From Podarcis erhardii (lineage: Eukaryota), in the NCBI GenBank assembly GCA_964252035.1, contig OZ176203.1: a DNA stretch of 64,000 nucleotides; one strand, 5' to 3'. This document shows positions 12,159 to 26,359 of this stretch, piece after piece. Made by a program: the position numbers and the translations under genes. The notes beneath the pieces are model-generated. The model saw nothing but the letters and a program-made list of their open reading frames with translations, was not told where the DNA came from and ran no database searches. How positions within the stretch are numbered: the stretch's first letter is position 1; every line of letters begins with the position of its first letter.

Positions 12159-12750
12159 CAGTGGTTCTCAAAGGGTGTGGCATGCCACACTGGTGTGGCA
12201 GGAGAGGATGGCAGTAAAGGAAATATTTAAACATCTCAGTGTGGTACACACACACACACACAACCAGAAAGAGTATCCATACCTCTCTTCAAGAACATTA
12301 GCTATTATTCAACAGTTCTCTATGATGATATTGTTGTGAACAGGGATTTTAAATTCTGATAAATATGAAAGATCAGAAAAGGAAAAAGCTTCTTTGTACT
12401 GAAGAGGAGATGAGCATTTGTTAATCTCAAATTAGACCTAATATAAATGAAATTACCTGGCATAAACAAGCTCACACCTCTCACTGAGTTTGAAGGTGCA
12501 TATGTAAGCGCCTCATTTATAATTATATTTTGGGAATGATTCGTATTCTGATGTAGCTGCATTGTTTTATACTTTCTGGATGCTCTGCGATCATATGTTA
12601 AAGTAATTCTGCTCTATGTTATAAATCAAGCACTGCTAATTGTTTCTTTTTGTTTTCCAATGTATTTCTTATCAATAAAAAAATTGGTGTGGAGTGAGCA
12701 AATTTTTATTCTGGAAATATGTCCCAGATAAAAAAGTTTGAGAACCACTG
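12159..12750 (+). mobile_element. Internally deleted hAT (Charlie-like) DNA transposon with a transposase C-terminal remnant
   Basis: TIR CAGTGGTTCTCAAA / TTTGAGAACCACTG; perfect 8-bp TSD AGTTAGGA; interior translates CCEQGF*ILINMKDQKRKKLLCTEEEMSIC*SQIRPNINEITWHKQAHTSH* (hAT dimerisation-domain-like end). Confidence 0.85.
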
Positions 12751-14139
12751 AGTTAGGAGGTGAACAATGGTAGGAAACATGAGAAGCCTGCGCCTCAGCC
12801 ACTTTTCATCAGGACTTTCGGAAATTTAGTCAGATTGTCATTGTCACAAGATCCTCAATGCCCAACTTCATATGGATAGTACAAAACATGTGGATATTCA
12901 GTCTTATAACATGAGACAATGCTAGAAAAATCAGCTGGCTTAATTATACAGCTGTATAATAGGTTTTCCATTACTTCCTCTATATAATAGGCTTTGCTTT
13001 AAACAACGTTTCCCAAAAGTTTCATTCTCACAGTAACAGAATGCCTCTAATCCTTCTGATTCTCTCCATACAGCTGTTGTTTTCAAAGGATGCAGCCCAG
13101 ATCCTATTGAAGTCAATGGTAAAATGTCCAGCAAATTTAATGGCGCTCTAAATATGTTGCCAGATAATGCCATCTCCCCAATGATTTTGCAGGCAAATTT
13201 GCACGTATAGCTTTTTGACCAGTACAAGTACTGGCATTTTGCAGGCCAGAATAGCCTCTGGATTTCCAATCATGCTGGGTTAAGCCATGGCCAAGGACCA
13301 GGCCCAACTGAGTACTGTACTTATTCTCTCTTTGATAGGAAATGAGTGGAAGCAGCAATGTTTAGTATAGATAACTGGTGACATCTAGTGAGCAATTTAT
13401 ATAATGCACAAAATGTTCCAACAAAATTCCGACCTTGATTAAAAGTGTGGAAGACCAGCTCTTGCAGTCACCATAGGAAAACTTATTGATCAACAGCCTG
13501 GGCCCTGATAAGTCTGCAGTTCAGCTGAAGGGGGTTTTCTGTGGATTGGCAGCTTTGCCAATAGCCCTAAGCCCATCAGCTGCTCCTTTCCTCTGGAAGG
13601 AAGAGCTTGGAACCTAGGCTGGTAAGTCATCATACACATATTTGTGATGGTTTTTAATTGTTGTGAGCTGGTTTGGGGGCCCTTCTTGACTGAAATGCAA
13701 GGTATAAATATCATAAATCACTTAACCAATTACATGAGATTTCAAGATTTGAGACCTGGGATTGCATGTGTACATTCACTCCTCCCTACTGCAAGTGTTG
13801 GAACAGGTTTGGTGGGTCACCCAGCCATGCTGTTAGGAGTTTCCTATTTAGTTGCAGAATCGAACAAGGAAAATGAAAAAGCAGCAGTACCTAGCTCTTC
13901 AGGAAAGCTTTTGTTAGTCTAGGGTTTCCTATACTATTTTAATAATCATACGATAGAGAGAGTGTGTGTGTTTCGATCCTATTAATGTTTAATTGTTTTT
14001 AAATTATTCCCCCTCCCCATGTTTTTAGCTGTTCTTATTTTATCTATGAGCTGCCTTGAGTTCCTGTCAGGGGAAAAAGTGGGGTATAAATATTATAAAA
14101 ATAATAATATTTAAGCACTTTGTCTCTGCATATAAAGTA

Positions 14140-14497
14140 GGACCATCGAACCTCTTGGGCTTGCTAATCAGAAGGTCGGTGGTTCGAATCCCCGCAATAG
14201 GATGAGCTCCAGTTGCTCTGTCCTGCCAACCTAGCAGTTCAAAAGCATGCCAGTGCAAGTAGATAAATAGGTACTGTTGAGACAGGAAGGTAAATGGCAT
14301 TTCTGTGTGCTCTGGTTTCCATCACGATGTCCCATTGCACCAGAAGTGGTTTAGTCATGCTGGTCACATGACCCAGAAAGCTGCCTGTGGACAAACACTG
14401 GCTCCCTGGTCCTGAAAGCGAGATGAGCGCCGCAATCCCATAGTTGCCTTTGACTGGACTTAACCATCCAGGGGTCCTTTACTTTTACCTTTTTACC
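14140..14497 (+). mobile_element. Sauria SINE (Squam1)
   Basis: B-box GGTTCGAATCCC, BovB-like 3' part, ACCTTT-type tail, 9-bp TSD TATAAAGTA (14131-14139, 14498-14506). Confidence 0.88.
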
Positions 14498-14862
14498 TAT
14501 AAAGTAAGAGCGTAAAAGGGCAGGGGTTGACTTTCTGATGCTCAGTGGACACAGTGACCCTGATCCAGGTTTAATTATGCCTTGTTACATGCAACCAAGG
14601 GTACCAGAAGGGAAGTGCATCTTCATCCCCATCAAGTTCTCTAGGTGTGGAATAAGTATTTGGATGCACTCATAAGGATTCCAGATGCACATCTACATCA
14701 CCTATTGGCATGGGCCCCTCTATCTGGATAGAAACATGTGTGCAGGATTTGGGAGGCCCTCAGGCTTGATACGTATAATGGAAACTCCTAACTGGAAGAG
14801 GTGAGATGTGCCTGCCCCTAGTAGTGTGTGAAGTGAAGTGTTTAACAGTTCCCATTCACCAT

Positions 14863-15168
14863 CAGGGCCGTCTAAAGCATTTCTGGCACCATTGTGCAAA
14901 GATCCCTCCAGCGCCCCCCCACCCCCCGTTTTCCAGAGTTGTTGTCAACCTTTTCCCAAGCCTCTGCGGGGATCACTCTCCTGCGGAGGCTTGGGAAGGA
15001 AGCTGCACACCCGCCAGCCATATGGTTGATGGGGCACAGCTGGCAGGCGTGCAGGGAAAGGGGAGGCTGCTGGAAAAACCACATAGCTCCCCCACTCGCT
15101 GGGGCGCCCCTGCGACGCCAGCGCCCTGGCGCAACGTGCCAGTAAGCCCAATAGGAAAGATGGCTCTG
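14863..15168. mobile_element. GC-rich hAT-type MITE
   Basis: Termini CAGGGCCGTCT / AGATGGCTCTG; perfect 8-bp TSD TTCACCAT. Confidence 0.8.
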
Positions 15169-16834
15169 TTCACCATCTTTCTTGTTCTCTAAGGCAGTTC
15201 TCCAAGTGCCCGACATACAATCCACATGAATTCCATATTTGTCAATCCCAACACACCCTGTAACTGAACATAGATTGAGCCTTGTTTCCAGTGCTGGGCA
15301 GAACCTACTGTGTGCCAGCTTCCATTCCTTTAAAGGCTTCAGAAGTCAAGCTCAATGGATGGAAATGCCATTGATGCTTTTGACTGAGGGAATGGTTATT
15401 GCTGAATGAATTTCTGTCACATTTTGCTCATCTGAATGCGGCCTCTAAGGAGTTCTCAGCAGACAAACAGCTCTATAGACTCTCTCTTTTTGATATTACA
15501 TGTGTTTTTGTTCCCTTGAAAGGCTTTTAGCCCTGAGGTAAGGATTAGACAACAACTTAGCAGCCTTAAAAGACTTCAGGAAAAAAATAGCCTGACAGCC
15601 TTGAAAGAAGGAGGCCTGTTTTGTTTTTTCAAAGGTGTAGCATTGTTTTCTGGGCTGCCACCAACAATAACTGCGGAGAAGAATCAGTTTTACAAATCAA
15701 GTAACACTGAAAGCATTACAGAAGTAACATATTTTGTAACTGTTTATGTTCGATTGATATACCCCACAAAAGACATCTCCAAACATTTTAATATAGATTC
15801 TCGGAAAGGAGCTGTGTTCAGCTGAAACACTTTGAACTAATTCAAACAAACCACAAAGAGCGGCATTTTTTTACCATCATGTTGGCAACTGTTATATCTT
15901 TGGCAAGACAAAATCAAGGGTATTCCCTTCACTGAGCAGAGCAAATTCTGACTAATGGGTTGAATCCAACAAAACCATCTCCAGGTCTGTTCTGAGGTTT
16001 CCTCTAACTCTCCAGAGCAGAGTTTTTGTTTGATTTTATTTTGAGCAGGGAGCACAAAGGAAGAGGAGAGGGATGACTTTGTTGGATATAACCCAAAATG
16101 TCTCTCAGATGTAATGGTGATGGATGGATATCACTCTTGAATGTGCTCTATTCAATGCCAATATAGCAGAGCCTGAGAATGCTGCTATACTTACATTATA
16201 AAATGTCTTTGGCTCTAACTGCTGAGCCCTTCAATTCAGAGGAGGATAGGAATCACACACAGATGAGGATAGGATTTGCAACAGGGCTTGCATGTGGTGC
16301 TGTTTAAATTGACACTGGATGCCAGCCCATTGCTTTCCATCAGGATCACATCTACCTGATGATATCAGGTGATTGACAGGTAGGCAGCCCCACCCACCTG
16401 CCAGCAGAAGCCATGGCCACTTTTTAATCTGGCTCACCAGACAAAAGTGGTTTCCCACAATGAACTAAGCATATTAGTTCTGTAAAAGAATATAAACAAT
16501 AAATGGGTCAGCATTTCTGGAATAAAACTTAACCAATAGGCTTTGGATCTTGTATATGAAACTTCAAAGGAAGAGGACAAGACAATTCACTTCAAAGCCT
16601 CTTATGAACAATCAACTCGGGCAAACCTGCAATTTTCAACAATTGCTAACTGAAATAATATAAACCTATAGCTGAGCAAATTCCAAACCACAAAATTAAC
16701 CTTTCTCAAAGTTTACCATATTGTTATTCATCAACTGAGCCATCAATGTAAACCTTCTCAGGATAATAAATATCCTGTATTGAAATGCATTGCAGGGGTG
16801 TTGTAATATACCATATTGCAAAGGATTCAACCTA

Positions 16835-17049
16835 CAGTGGTACCTCGGGTTACAGACACTTCAGGTTACAGACCCTGCTAACCCGGAAGTAGTACCTCGG
16901 GTTGAGAACTTTACCTCAGGATGAGAATGGAAATCGTGTGGTGGCAGCGGGAGGCCCCATTATCTAAAGTGGTACCTCAGGTTAAGAACAGTTTCAGGTT
17001 AAGAACGGACCTCCGGAACAAATTAAGTTCTTAACCCAAGGTACCACTG
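16835..17049. mobile_element. Tigger-like MITE, copy 2 (opposite orientation)
   Basis: Same TIRs and body, TA TSD. Confidence 0.9.
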
Positions 17050-17364
17050 TATTATGGGTTTATTATTTAAGTGTTTACTCTTCTGGGTGTTATTTGATTG
17101 TAGTTTTTGATATATGCTCCTCCTGAGCACTGCTTTTGGTTGATTTCTATCCCCTCCAATAGTGACTGGTGGGGCAGCGGATGCAAAGTGCTGCTACTCT
17201 CCCAGCTTACAAGTACAGCATGTTACTGCTGCAGTTACCAGAGGGGGAGGAGCAAGGTGTGGGGAGTTCAGCGCTGCGCAGTGGAGCACTGTGGAACCAA
17301 TCTGCTGCTCCTGCCATTATGTGCATGTACATAGGTTATTCAAAATAGGAAATGTGATGATCAT

Positions 17365-17540
17365 CTGAGGCCCTCCTTCACCTGTCACCTTCACAGGAGG
17401 TCCAGAGGGAAGCAACACGAGAATGAGCCTTTTCTGTGGTGGCCCCTCATTTGTGGAATGCTCTCTCTAGGGAGAGCCTGGCACCTTCATTACATTATCT
17501 TTAGGCACCAGGCAAAAAAATTCCTCTTCTTCCTGGCTAA
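17365..17540 (+). mobile_element. L2 LINE fragment
   Basis: GCCTTTTCTGTGGTGGCCCCTC…TGGAATGCTCTC…TTTAGGCACCAGGCAAAA, typical L2 ORF2 C-terminal sequence. Confidence 0.6.
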
Positions 17541-18389
17541 TTAAGCAATCTATGACCTTTTAAATTGGGGGGGGGAGTATTGTTTTGTTTGTTATTATGT
17601 TTGTGCTCTGTGTTTTTATACTGCAAACCACCCTGTGGTCCTCAGATGAAGGACAGTATATAAAATTTAACGGCCCCAGCAGCAACAACAGCATGTATAT
17701 GTTGGTTATTGTCCCATTTGCTTCTGCATTTAAGAGTTTGTAAGGTTTGGTGCACTGCTGAATACCACACACTAGGCCTTCAAATGTGAGGCCTTACAAA
17801 TCAACATGAAATGTGATAGGTAAAGGTAGGTCGGCAGCTAAGCCTGCTCTGGAAGCCAAGCCAGGAAAAAAATACATTGTTGTTGACAGGTCTATAATGC
17901 CGTGTTAGACAGCACCCATAGAATGGGATGGATGTGAAAAGCTCACAGAAAGCCACGTTGAATAGAGGGTGGAGGAAGATTCGATAACATTCCAAAGTAC
18001 TGAAAGATAAAGGCGTGTAAACTTGAAAAGGAGAAAGCTAAACGGATCATCAAACACTGCATTTGGGCTTGAGTGAATGCGGCATTAACATAAATATTGA
18101 AACGTTTGCCAATAGCTACACACAGGGAAGCCAGTAATTCTATAGAAAGAAGTACCTTTTCTGTATAGAAGTTAATCAGTACCATGAAGGTTAATGGCAA
18201 GGGCCCAGGTGCTGCTGATCCTGGTTGTATGGGCAATGCAGAATCGGAAGCAGTGATATTTCCAAATGATAAACTGGGATTGTTAACCAGCGACCCTTCA
18301 ACCTGCAGCTGGTGCATATTTCACCAGGTGATTATCCCAGAATAGCTGCAGTTGAAATCGGGCTTGAGAGGAAATAATGGAAAACATTT

Positions 18390-18563
18390 CTCCACATCAA
18401 AGGCAGTATGCTACTGAATACCAGTCGCTAAGAATCACAAGTGGGGAGAAACGTGGGTCTGCTTGCAGGCTGCCCATGGGCATCTCATGGGCCACTGTGA
18501 GAACAGGATGTGGGCCTAGATGGGCATTTGGCCTGACCCAGGCGGCTGTTCTTACATTCTTAA
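18390..18563 (+). mobile_element. CR1 3' UTR fragment
   Basis: GGCCACTGTGAGAACAGGATG…GGCCTGACCCAG…TTCTTACATTCTTA; reverse complement of the 6673-6780 end. Confidence 0.7.
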
Positions 18564-21500
18564 GTTTACTACCAAACAATACCATTTGGCAACAAGATGT
18601 CCTTTACACTCATATATAACCCAGCAGCTCTCCTTGGGCTCTGAGAGGAATTTGTAGGGAATACAAGATTTGCTGAAAGTTTTGAATAGCAGGGGCTTTC
18701 TTCTGTGTCAATGTCATTTGTAAACAAGGCCTGACATGAGTATCTTTTATGAGCAATCAGAAAGCACAGCTCTTCCACGCACACACTGTTGTACCGATAA
18801 CATTAATTCATTCATGTCAAGAATGAAGAACTTGTGGTCCTCCAGATATTGTTGGATGACTAGCTCCCATCAGCCACAGGCAACTTGAACCACAGTCATG
18901 GACGATGGGTGATAATGGGTCAAGCAAGATCTGGAGGGCACCGTTAGCTTGCCAGGCAATAATGATGCAATGTGATACTGAAAATCATTGGCACTGAAAC
19001 ATTTCAGGGGTTAAACACATTTTGGCTTTTAAATAAATACTGAAGTGTGATTAGGAGGCTTTCACAGGACAAAAACTTCCCAGATGGTATCGTTATATCA
19101 CCTCTACACATCTGTCTTTGATTCATTAAGCCATGTATCAAAATTGGATTTCATTTTAATACACACCGGGAGAAAGAAAAACTATGCCATGCTAGCTCTT
19201 AGACAGTGGTCTTTCTTTAGCTATAATCCCAGGAGATTTTCTGGATGATCCAGATATCTTTAGAAAGCATAACCTGCACATTTCAACACCACACCTCCAG
19301 TCACCTTCAGAAATTTGGAACCTTCAAAGAACATAAAAAGTAAGATTTGCAACAAAGGGATACTGCAAAGACCCAGGGAGGATAATGATACTGCCAGCAT
19401 CTCCCTAAAAAAGACACCATCATTCCTCTTAGCTAAGAAGCTATATAGCTGAGGAAGCCCAAACATCAATGAGAAAGGAAATAAATGTGAAAACAGTTTT
19501 AAGGTTGATCCATCATACAAGTAAATCAAACTAGGATCAGTTTCTAGATCTGGAACTAAGAACTTAAACCTGCGTTTGCTTATTTCCTCTTCGCTACCAA
19601 TTTGTATTCCTTTTTGTATCATATCTTTTTAGCTTGTAAGCCTAAGGGCAGAGTATGTCCTGTAAGCTGCTCTTTACTGTGCTGACTGGGGCTGATGGGA
19701 GTTGTAGCCCCAAATATCTGGAGGACACCATGCCAAGGGTTGTGTTATTTTGTGTGTGCCAAATGTCATAGCAGACTTCTTAGGACCAACCATCAAACAG
19801 ATCTCTTGTGATTTCTGCTTTTCCTATTTGCAGCCCTCCTTCTCTGGGGATGTGGTAGGGGTTCACGTTTAAAGCTGAATCACACTTTTTGAAACAGTAT
19901 GAGAACTGAAACACAGCCATCCTTCAAAATTAGCACTTATCCAAATTTTATGATGCTGATCTTCAACCAAATAAGATTTACAGAAATGCCTACATTAGGA
20001 GGAAGAGTGCATAAATATGCATATATGAGTGAAAAGAACATTAAAAAATATTAGGGAAAATACTTTGCAAAGATGTGTAGATTAGTCAAAACTTCATATA
20101 AATTCAGAAATTTGCCCTAAAATGCTGAAGAATTTTAATAAGGACTTTTTATTTTTTTAAAAAAAAATAGTGAACTGATATGCAATCGTGAAGAACTGGT
20201 TTATGATTGGAAAAATGAGAAACTGAGAGAACCGAAGTTGACCGATTCTTCCATCCCTAGAAGTGCGTGTTGCTCTGCAAGATTACCCTCATCCCTTGAC
20301 CTAGCTATTAGCTCAGTGGGGACAAGGGTGGCATCTGCTCCTGTCTTCTCCCCTCCCTCATAATATTGGGGGAGGGACATGAGAAGAAAGGATTAAACAC
20401 ACCCTGGATCATGGCTGTCCTACATCACCTCTGGTTTGGCTCAAAGCTGTTGGTGAACCACAGGTATTTCCTTAAAAACCACTAATGGTTCATTATTCTA
20501 GCCTTTATCTTTAAAAGGTCAGGTATTTTGTTTTGTGGATTTGTAACTTTTTGTGGCTTTTGTGGCCAGCCCTGCTTCAGAACCAACACTGTTGGCCTGT
20601 GTTGCTGCTTGTTTCTCTCTGCTCAACCTGTTCATAAGTAAATAAAGAGATACTGCCAGGTCTCAGCAAATCTCACAAAGGAAACTGACTCTGAAAATCT
20701 GTTCTGGAGCGTCTCATCGCTTGGGGAAATGGGGAACACAAACCAGTATCGGTTTTTTTGCTCTTTGCAATTGAATTATACAAAATGCCACATGTTGGGT
20801 GAATTACCATAAAGATCAACCAAGGAATTGATTTCTACACTGATTTAATAAGTGAATAATCTGTATGCCATTTGCACCAAATGAAAACAAATGTTAGTAC
20901 ATAATCTAAATGACAAATTTGGGAGGGAAAGTGGTATTTCTTTTCATATGCATAAATGTTCCTTTGCATTGCTTGCTGCTGAAGACATCTCTTAATACTG
21001 CTGCCACTATTTTTCTTCCTTCCTTTATAAATATTTTTAATAGACAAGGAGACTTAGTTTGAATGATATGCAGATCATTAATTAATCTCAAAACTAGCCA
21101 AGGTTCATATTTTGCTGTGATTGTCAAACCGGAACACCTACACGCTGCCTAAAAGCTTTGGAAAATCAACTTCCAATCATTTATCACAGGGAAAGGTCAG
21201 AACTGATTAAATTCTGATTCTTCATCATGCTCTCTTTCATATGCACTTAATCAAGGTTTGCTTGGAATATGAGAGATTCTCAACCATTTCTTTCTTTGGA
21301 ACACCACCCTAAAGCATACCGAATGAATAAATGCAATGATTGGAATTAAGATCATAAGCATGCAAGTGTCCTGCTGCATCAGGGCCAAGGCCCATCTATT
21401 CTAGCATTCTAGTCTCACAGTACAGGGCCAGCCCACCTATAAGGTCAGATGAGGCAAGTGCCTCAGGCAGCAAGATGCACAGGGACAGCAGATCCTAATG

Positions 21501-24500
21501 TCAATCTTTCTCTCCTCTCCCCCTGCCTGTTCTTGATGTAGATATTCCTTCGCCCCTTCTTCCCTGGTGGGGAGGTGGCAACATTTTGGAGTCTGCCTCA
21601 AGACAAACTAACCAGATAGAGACATTACTGATGTTTCTAACCTGAAGTAGGATCTGAGGTCCCTGCCCCTGTGTCTTCCACACCGAATGCAGCAATAAAA
21701 ACATATAATGTTAATAAAGTTATCTGTAAGTACCAGCCATGCTTTCACCCCCACCCCAACATTTCGGAATCAATAGATGCAGGAAAACCTACAGGAAACA
21801 CCTACAGCAAACTTGGACACAATGGAAGTTTCAAAACTGACTGTTGATATTTGCTCACGTATTCTTTCTAGCCACCTGTGCTGAGTTTACAAAATGGGTG
21901 TGTGGTTCTTCTATCTTTTGTGTTTGCAGCTTGCGTTGCTGAGATACGGAGTCTCAGGCCCCAGCAGTGAAAATAAGCCAAATTGTTTTCTCTTTTATTT
22001 GAAACCCAGGCGTTCTCAATCAGATCATACACCTGAGTGACGCTAATGAACTCTTTTATGTGGCTTGTCATAGGCTGTCTTTGGAAAATCAGAGTGATGG
22101 AGTACGGTCTCGAGGATTTAAGAAAGAAAGGGACTTTAAACAAACAGTACAAAGCCCAGATCTAAACAGACGGCGAGAATTGTTGTCAGTTCCCATGCTG
22201 TCTGGAGTTGCAACATTATATCACATCTGTGCAACAATAAATGATCTGCTTAGTCATCAGCCTTAGGGAGAACTGTTTGGTACCCATCTGTATCTCTTGA
22301 AGGGATAGGGTGCCACCCCTGTGCAGGCCTTGTCGTGCCACTTCCGTTGCTGAACAGATTTCCATGTTTCTCAAGTGTATGGCTGGACTTCTCTGCAAAT
22401 TTAGACTCAATGCTGAGCGATGATGTTGATCTACAATTTTTACAGAGCAAACCCAAGCAGGGGTCAGAGGGCCAAAGCAGCAGATTCACTGCAACATCCA
22501 GAGCCATATCAACAACTTTCAGCTGGGACAGAAGATGTGCAGCGAAGCTGTTTGTTTCCTTTTTGCAGCATCAGCTGCCTTATTGTCTCATATCCACCGT
22601 AATAGGAACCCGTGGGGCTTCATCAAACTTTGATAGAGTTCCACCCCGCACCCTTCCACCAAGTAAACTATTTGGACATAGTGAGCATTGGCAAACAAAA
22701 TGTGCAAACACTGACACTTTCTGTCACTTCTGCACCTAACTCGTACTGTAATATTTCTCCTGCCGGGCCCTCTCTAGACACTTACTTTATTCATATCTCA
22801 TCTTTCATTCTGTGAAATTGACACTGACATACATAGGGTCCCCTGGCACTCACCAGACCCAGTTCTGCTTAGCTTCAGCAAGTTGGCCCTGCATCCTGGA
22901 CTTTGAGACCATGGCCTGCCCTAGACACTTCATACAGTCTATGCAGAAGAATAATGGCATGGCACGCACTCTTGAAGTTTTGCCATACAGAATAAACTCA
23001 CTGAGCTTTCCTTGAGTAAGATTCAGAGCATGAGGCCAGTTCAAACAAAGCTTCGATGGAACACTTGTAGTTACACAGCCGTTTGGCTGCAAATGGAGAC
23101 ACAGAACAGAAAAGTCTTGTCTCACACAACCTGCCTGCTTCCTTGTTTGCTATGGACCCTCTCCTTCAGGCCCATGCTTCTTCAGATGCAAGCTACTTTC
23201 TTCTAGGTTTGTTTTTAAAACTTAAAGAAGCTGGATACAAAGTCTGTGCAGAAGAACAGCACAGGAACAAAAGCAGCTTGCACAAGTGGCATTTTTGAAC
23301 TTTAAAAGCAAGCAGAAGGGAAAGGGTTAAGCAGCCTCTCTCCCTACCATCCTTCTTGTGCTCAGATCCAGCCTGCCAGTGGGGTTTTTGTTTGGCTTTT
23401 TTCAAGGAGGAAATAATCATAGAACTCCATTTAACCTGTTGTTTGAGGTGCTAATACTGAAAGAAATGTTAGCTAATTCTCATGACACAATAGGGCAGGG
23501 TTTGTTTGCTTTGGAAGGTGCTCTGTGTCTTAGTGGGAGCCCAAAATAACTAATCAGAAAGTTGTTCTAGAGGGAAAGGTGGAGATTTCAAAACATTCAA
23601 CGGCAGCCAAGTTGCCAAGAGTACATGCAAATGAACTACATTCATGCTCTGAAACTACATATACTAAATAGATCAATGTATGCACACAGGCACAAAGTAC
23701 ACAAGAGTTCTCCTTTGCATCCTCAACTCTTTGCAACCTCACTGACCCTCTTTCACCCACTGAAGTACAGGCACTCCTCATCAAAGGCTGTGCTTGAAAC
23801 CATATGTATGAAGCTTTCGTTAAAATCTTGTGAAGTTGGCTTTGAGCACTCCTAGTTATTTTGCAACGAGACTAGAGTAACAGGATCTGGTTTTGTTTTT
23901 TAAACTTACCTTCATTCAAATGTTACTTTTAGTTGTGGTGTAATGACCACAAGAGAATTTTACAACCTTGATTTCACATGCAGAGCATGTCATTTGGATC
24001 ACATGGAGAAAGCTGGAATTTAGCATCCCAGAGCAAATTTCCAAAGAGTGGGCTTCACCATGTGAATCTCTCATGTGGGAAGCCACATTTGTAAACATAT
24101 TCACCAGACTTGTAAATAGCCTGGTTGCCTGTGGTGAGCAAGAATCTCCCCAACCCCTGGAAAGGGAGATTAACAACAACAACAAATGTTATTTTCTTCT
24201 TCTTCTTCTAAGTTGAGGCAATAACTGAGGAACATGGGTATATATGAGAAGACAAGGTAGTCATAGAGCATGTTACTTTTGCAAGCTGTTTTCCAAGGCT
24301 GGCATTGACCACGTGGAATCAACATACATTTGTGGCAATTGTTCAGATCCATTAAAAGTCATGCAGACATTTGATAATGAGGCATGGATTGTATTCTGTG
24401 CCTCTATCCCTTTCTGGCATGGCCATCTCAGAGGGGAAGCAAAAAGAAGCCAGGATTCACAGCTGTCTGAAGGAAAAGGCAGATGTGTTTACAAATACAG

Positions 24501-26291
24501 TCTCGAGTCACCAATGTTGACTGTGGCTCCAGCCCTCAAAGCACATAAGAGCTCCTATCCACTTTTCAGCGTATCTCCACTGAGGTTTTTGTGGTAAGCC
24601 ATGAGAAGTGTTCCTAGAGTTACACTATCTAACCACACTTGTGTTATCCCAGCATGGCTGTGGTTTGGTCTTCAAATAATCTCAGAAATCAGCAAACATC
24701 ATCATACCTTGCATGACCCCCTAAGCATAATGAATACTACTGGATGAAAGCAAGCAATAGTTTAAAACTGTGATTCATTTGATCGCTGATTCAGCTCTGC
24801 AGTTAACTATTTCTACATCCAGGTCAGACTCCCAATATACACAACCAAGAAGTTGTGCAGAGGGCAAATAAAGAATGGTCCTTGGCCTTTAAAGGGGCCT
24901 AATACTGGGATCCAAATGTCACACTTACATGTATAGGCTGCATCAACAGTTGTGCAAAAAAGCATCGCGATTGATTTTCTCCCTACCAACAATATTCAAT
25001 GGTTGAATGTTTTTTGCTATGTTAGGCTGCAGGAAACACACAGCTAATAAGACAGTTCAGCATCTGATCTGCCTGGCTTACTGCACTCGCCAAGCCTCTG
25101 AGCAAACTGGCATCTTCCTTTTCTTCAGTCACCTTGGACACATGTCCAGTTATTCCATACTGAAAATATTACATTGTTTACATTCGTTTTTAAAAAGTGG
25201 TAGTTTACTGAATTATCAGTGGCACTCACTTTGTGTCCTGTCAACTTTGTTACCCCATTCTGAATAGGATGACAACTATTATAATGGCGAAAATTTACAG
25301 CATAGCTTCATACTGTGGGGTACTTGACTATAGCTACAGTGGCAACTCCTGAGGGATGCGGACAACCTATCCCATTAAATCTCATATATCCATGGCTACC
25401 ACCAGCATAAATCAATGTAGATTTGAACGTGCATCAAAATGCAGGTGCCATCTAGCTGCTCCATACTTTCAGTGAGATGTGCATTAGAAAGCACACACAG
25501 ATGAGCATCCAAATCAGCATCTGACTTCAGATGCTCTCATTCTACTCCATCTCCTTTAATAGGATGTATATTTGGATACAGCTTGTGTAAGAGTTTCTAT
25601 ATCCTTTTGCTCTTCAAAATAATGTGTGCAAGAATTTGTGCTTGCAATAACCAATAATTTTGTGTTTATCTTGCATTTATTAATTGATAGATTTATATAC
25701 CAATGGATATATGAAAAATAAATCAGATAGAATCATACACAATTGTTCATACCAGTAGACTATGATAGGATAGAAATCATGGCATCTCTAATAAGAGAGC
25801 TGAAAACCACATTGGTCCAAAACTCGAGCTTTTCAGCTCATAGGAAATAATTTCTAGATGTCATTCTGAACCTTGACGTTTGTTATATCTTATATGCACA
25901 TTCTTGCATATCAAAGATTAAGGTTTCATTCTTCCCACACTTTTCAACCTTTGCAAGACCAACATATTGATGGTGGTACCCTTTCATTCCTTCTTCCATT
26001 CTCAGCCCCAGCATGTTCTTCTATACGATCCCCAGTGTTTCACAGGCAGCCATACAAGAATACAGCAAAGCTCTCAGTGAACAGAAATTTGGGGGGAAAT
26101 CCCAGCTGACTCTACTTTGTGGCAGGATAGGCAAGCTGTTGCCTCCAGATGTTGCCAGGCTCCAACTCACATCATCCCTGAATAGTGGCCATGCTGGCTG
26201 GGACTGATGGGACCTGGAGTCCAACAATGTCTTGAGGGCAACAACATTCCCATCCCAGTCTTAAAAAGTAAAGTATTGTTTATTTATTCTT

Positions 26292-26294
26292 ACA

Positions 26295-26356
<62 letters not shown>
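26292..26356. repeat. Compound microsatellite (CA)n(GA)n
   Basis: Read directly. Confidence 0.95.

Positions 26357-26359
<3 letters not shown>

Noticed and set aside
19260-19622. 120-aa minus-strand ORF (similarly 17943-18317, 3931-4362, 26855-27208)
   Set aside because: No recognisable protein features or splice context.
22335-22739. 134-aa plus-strand ORF
   Set aside because: No recognisable domain, no supporting exon structure; within chance expectation.
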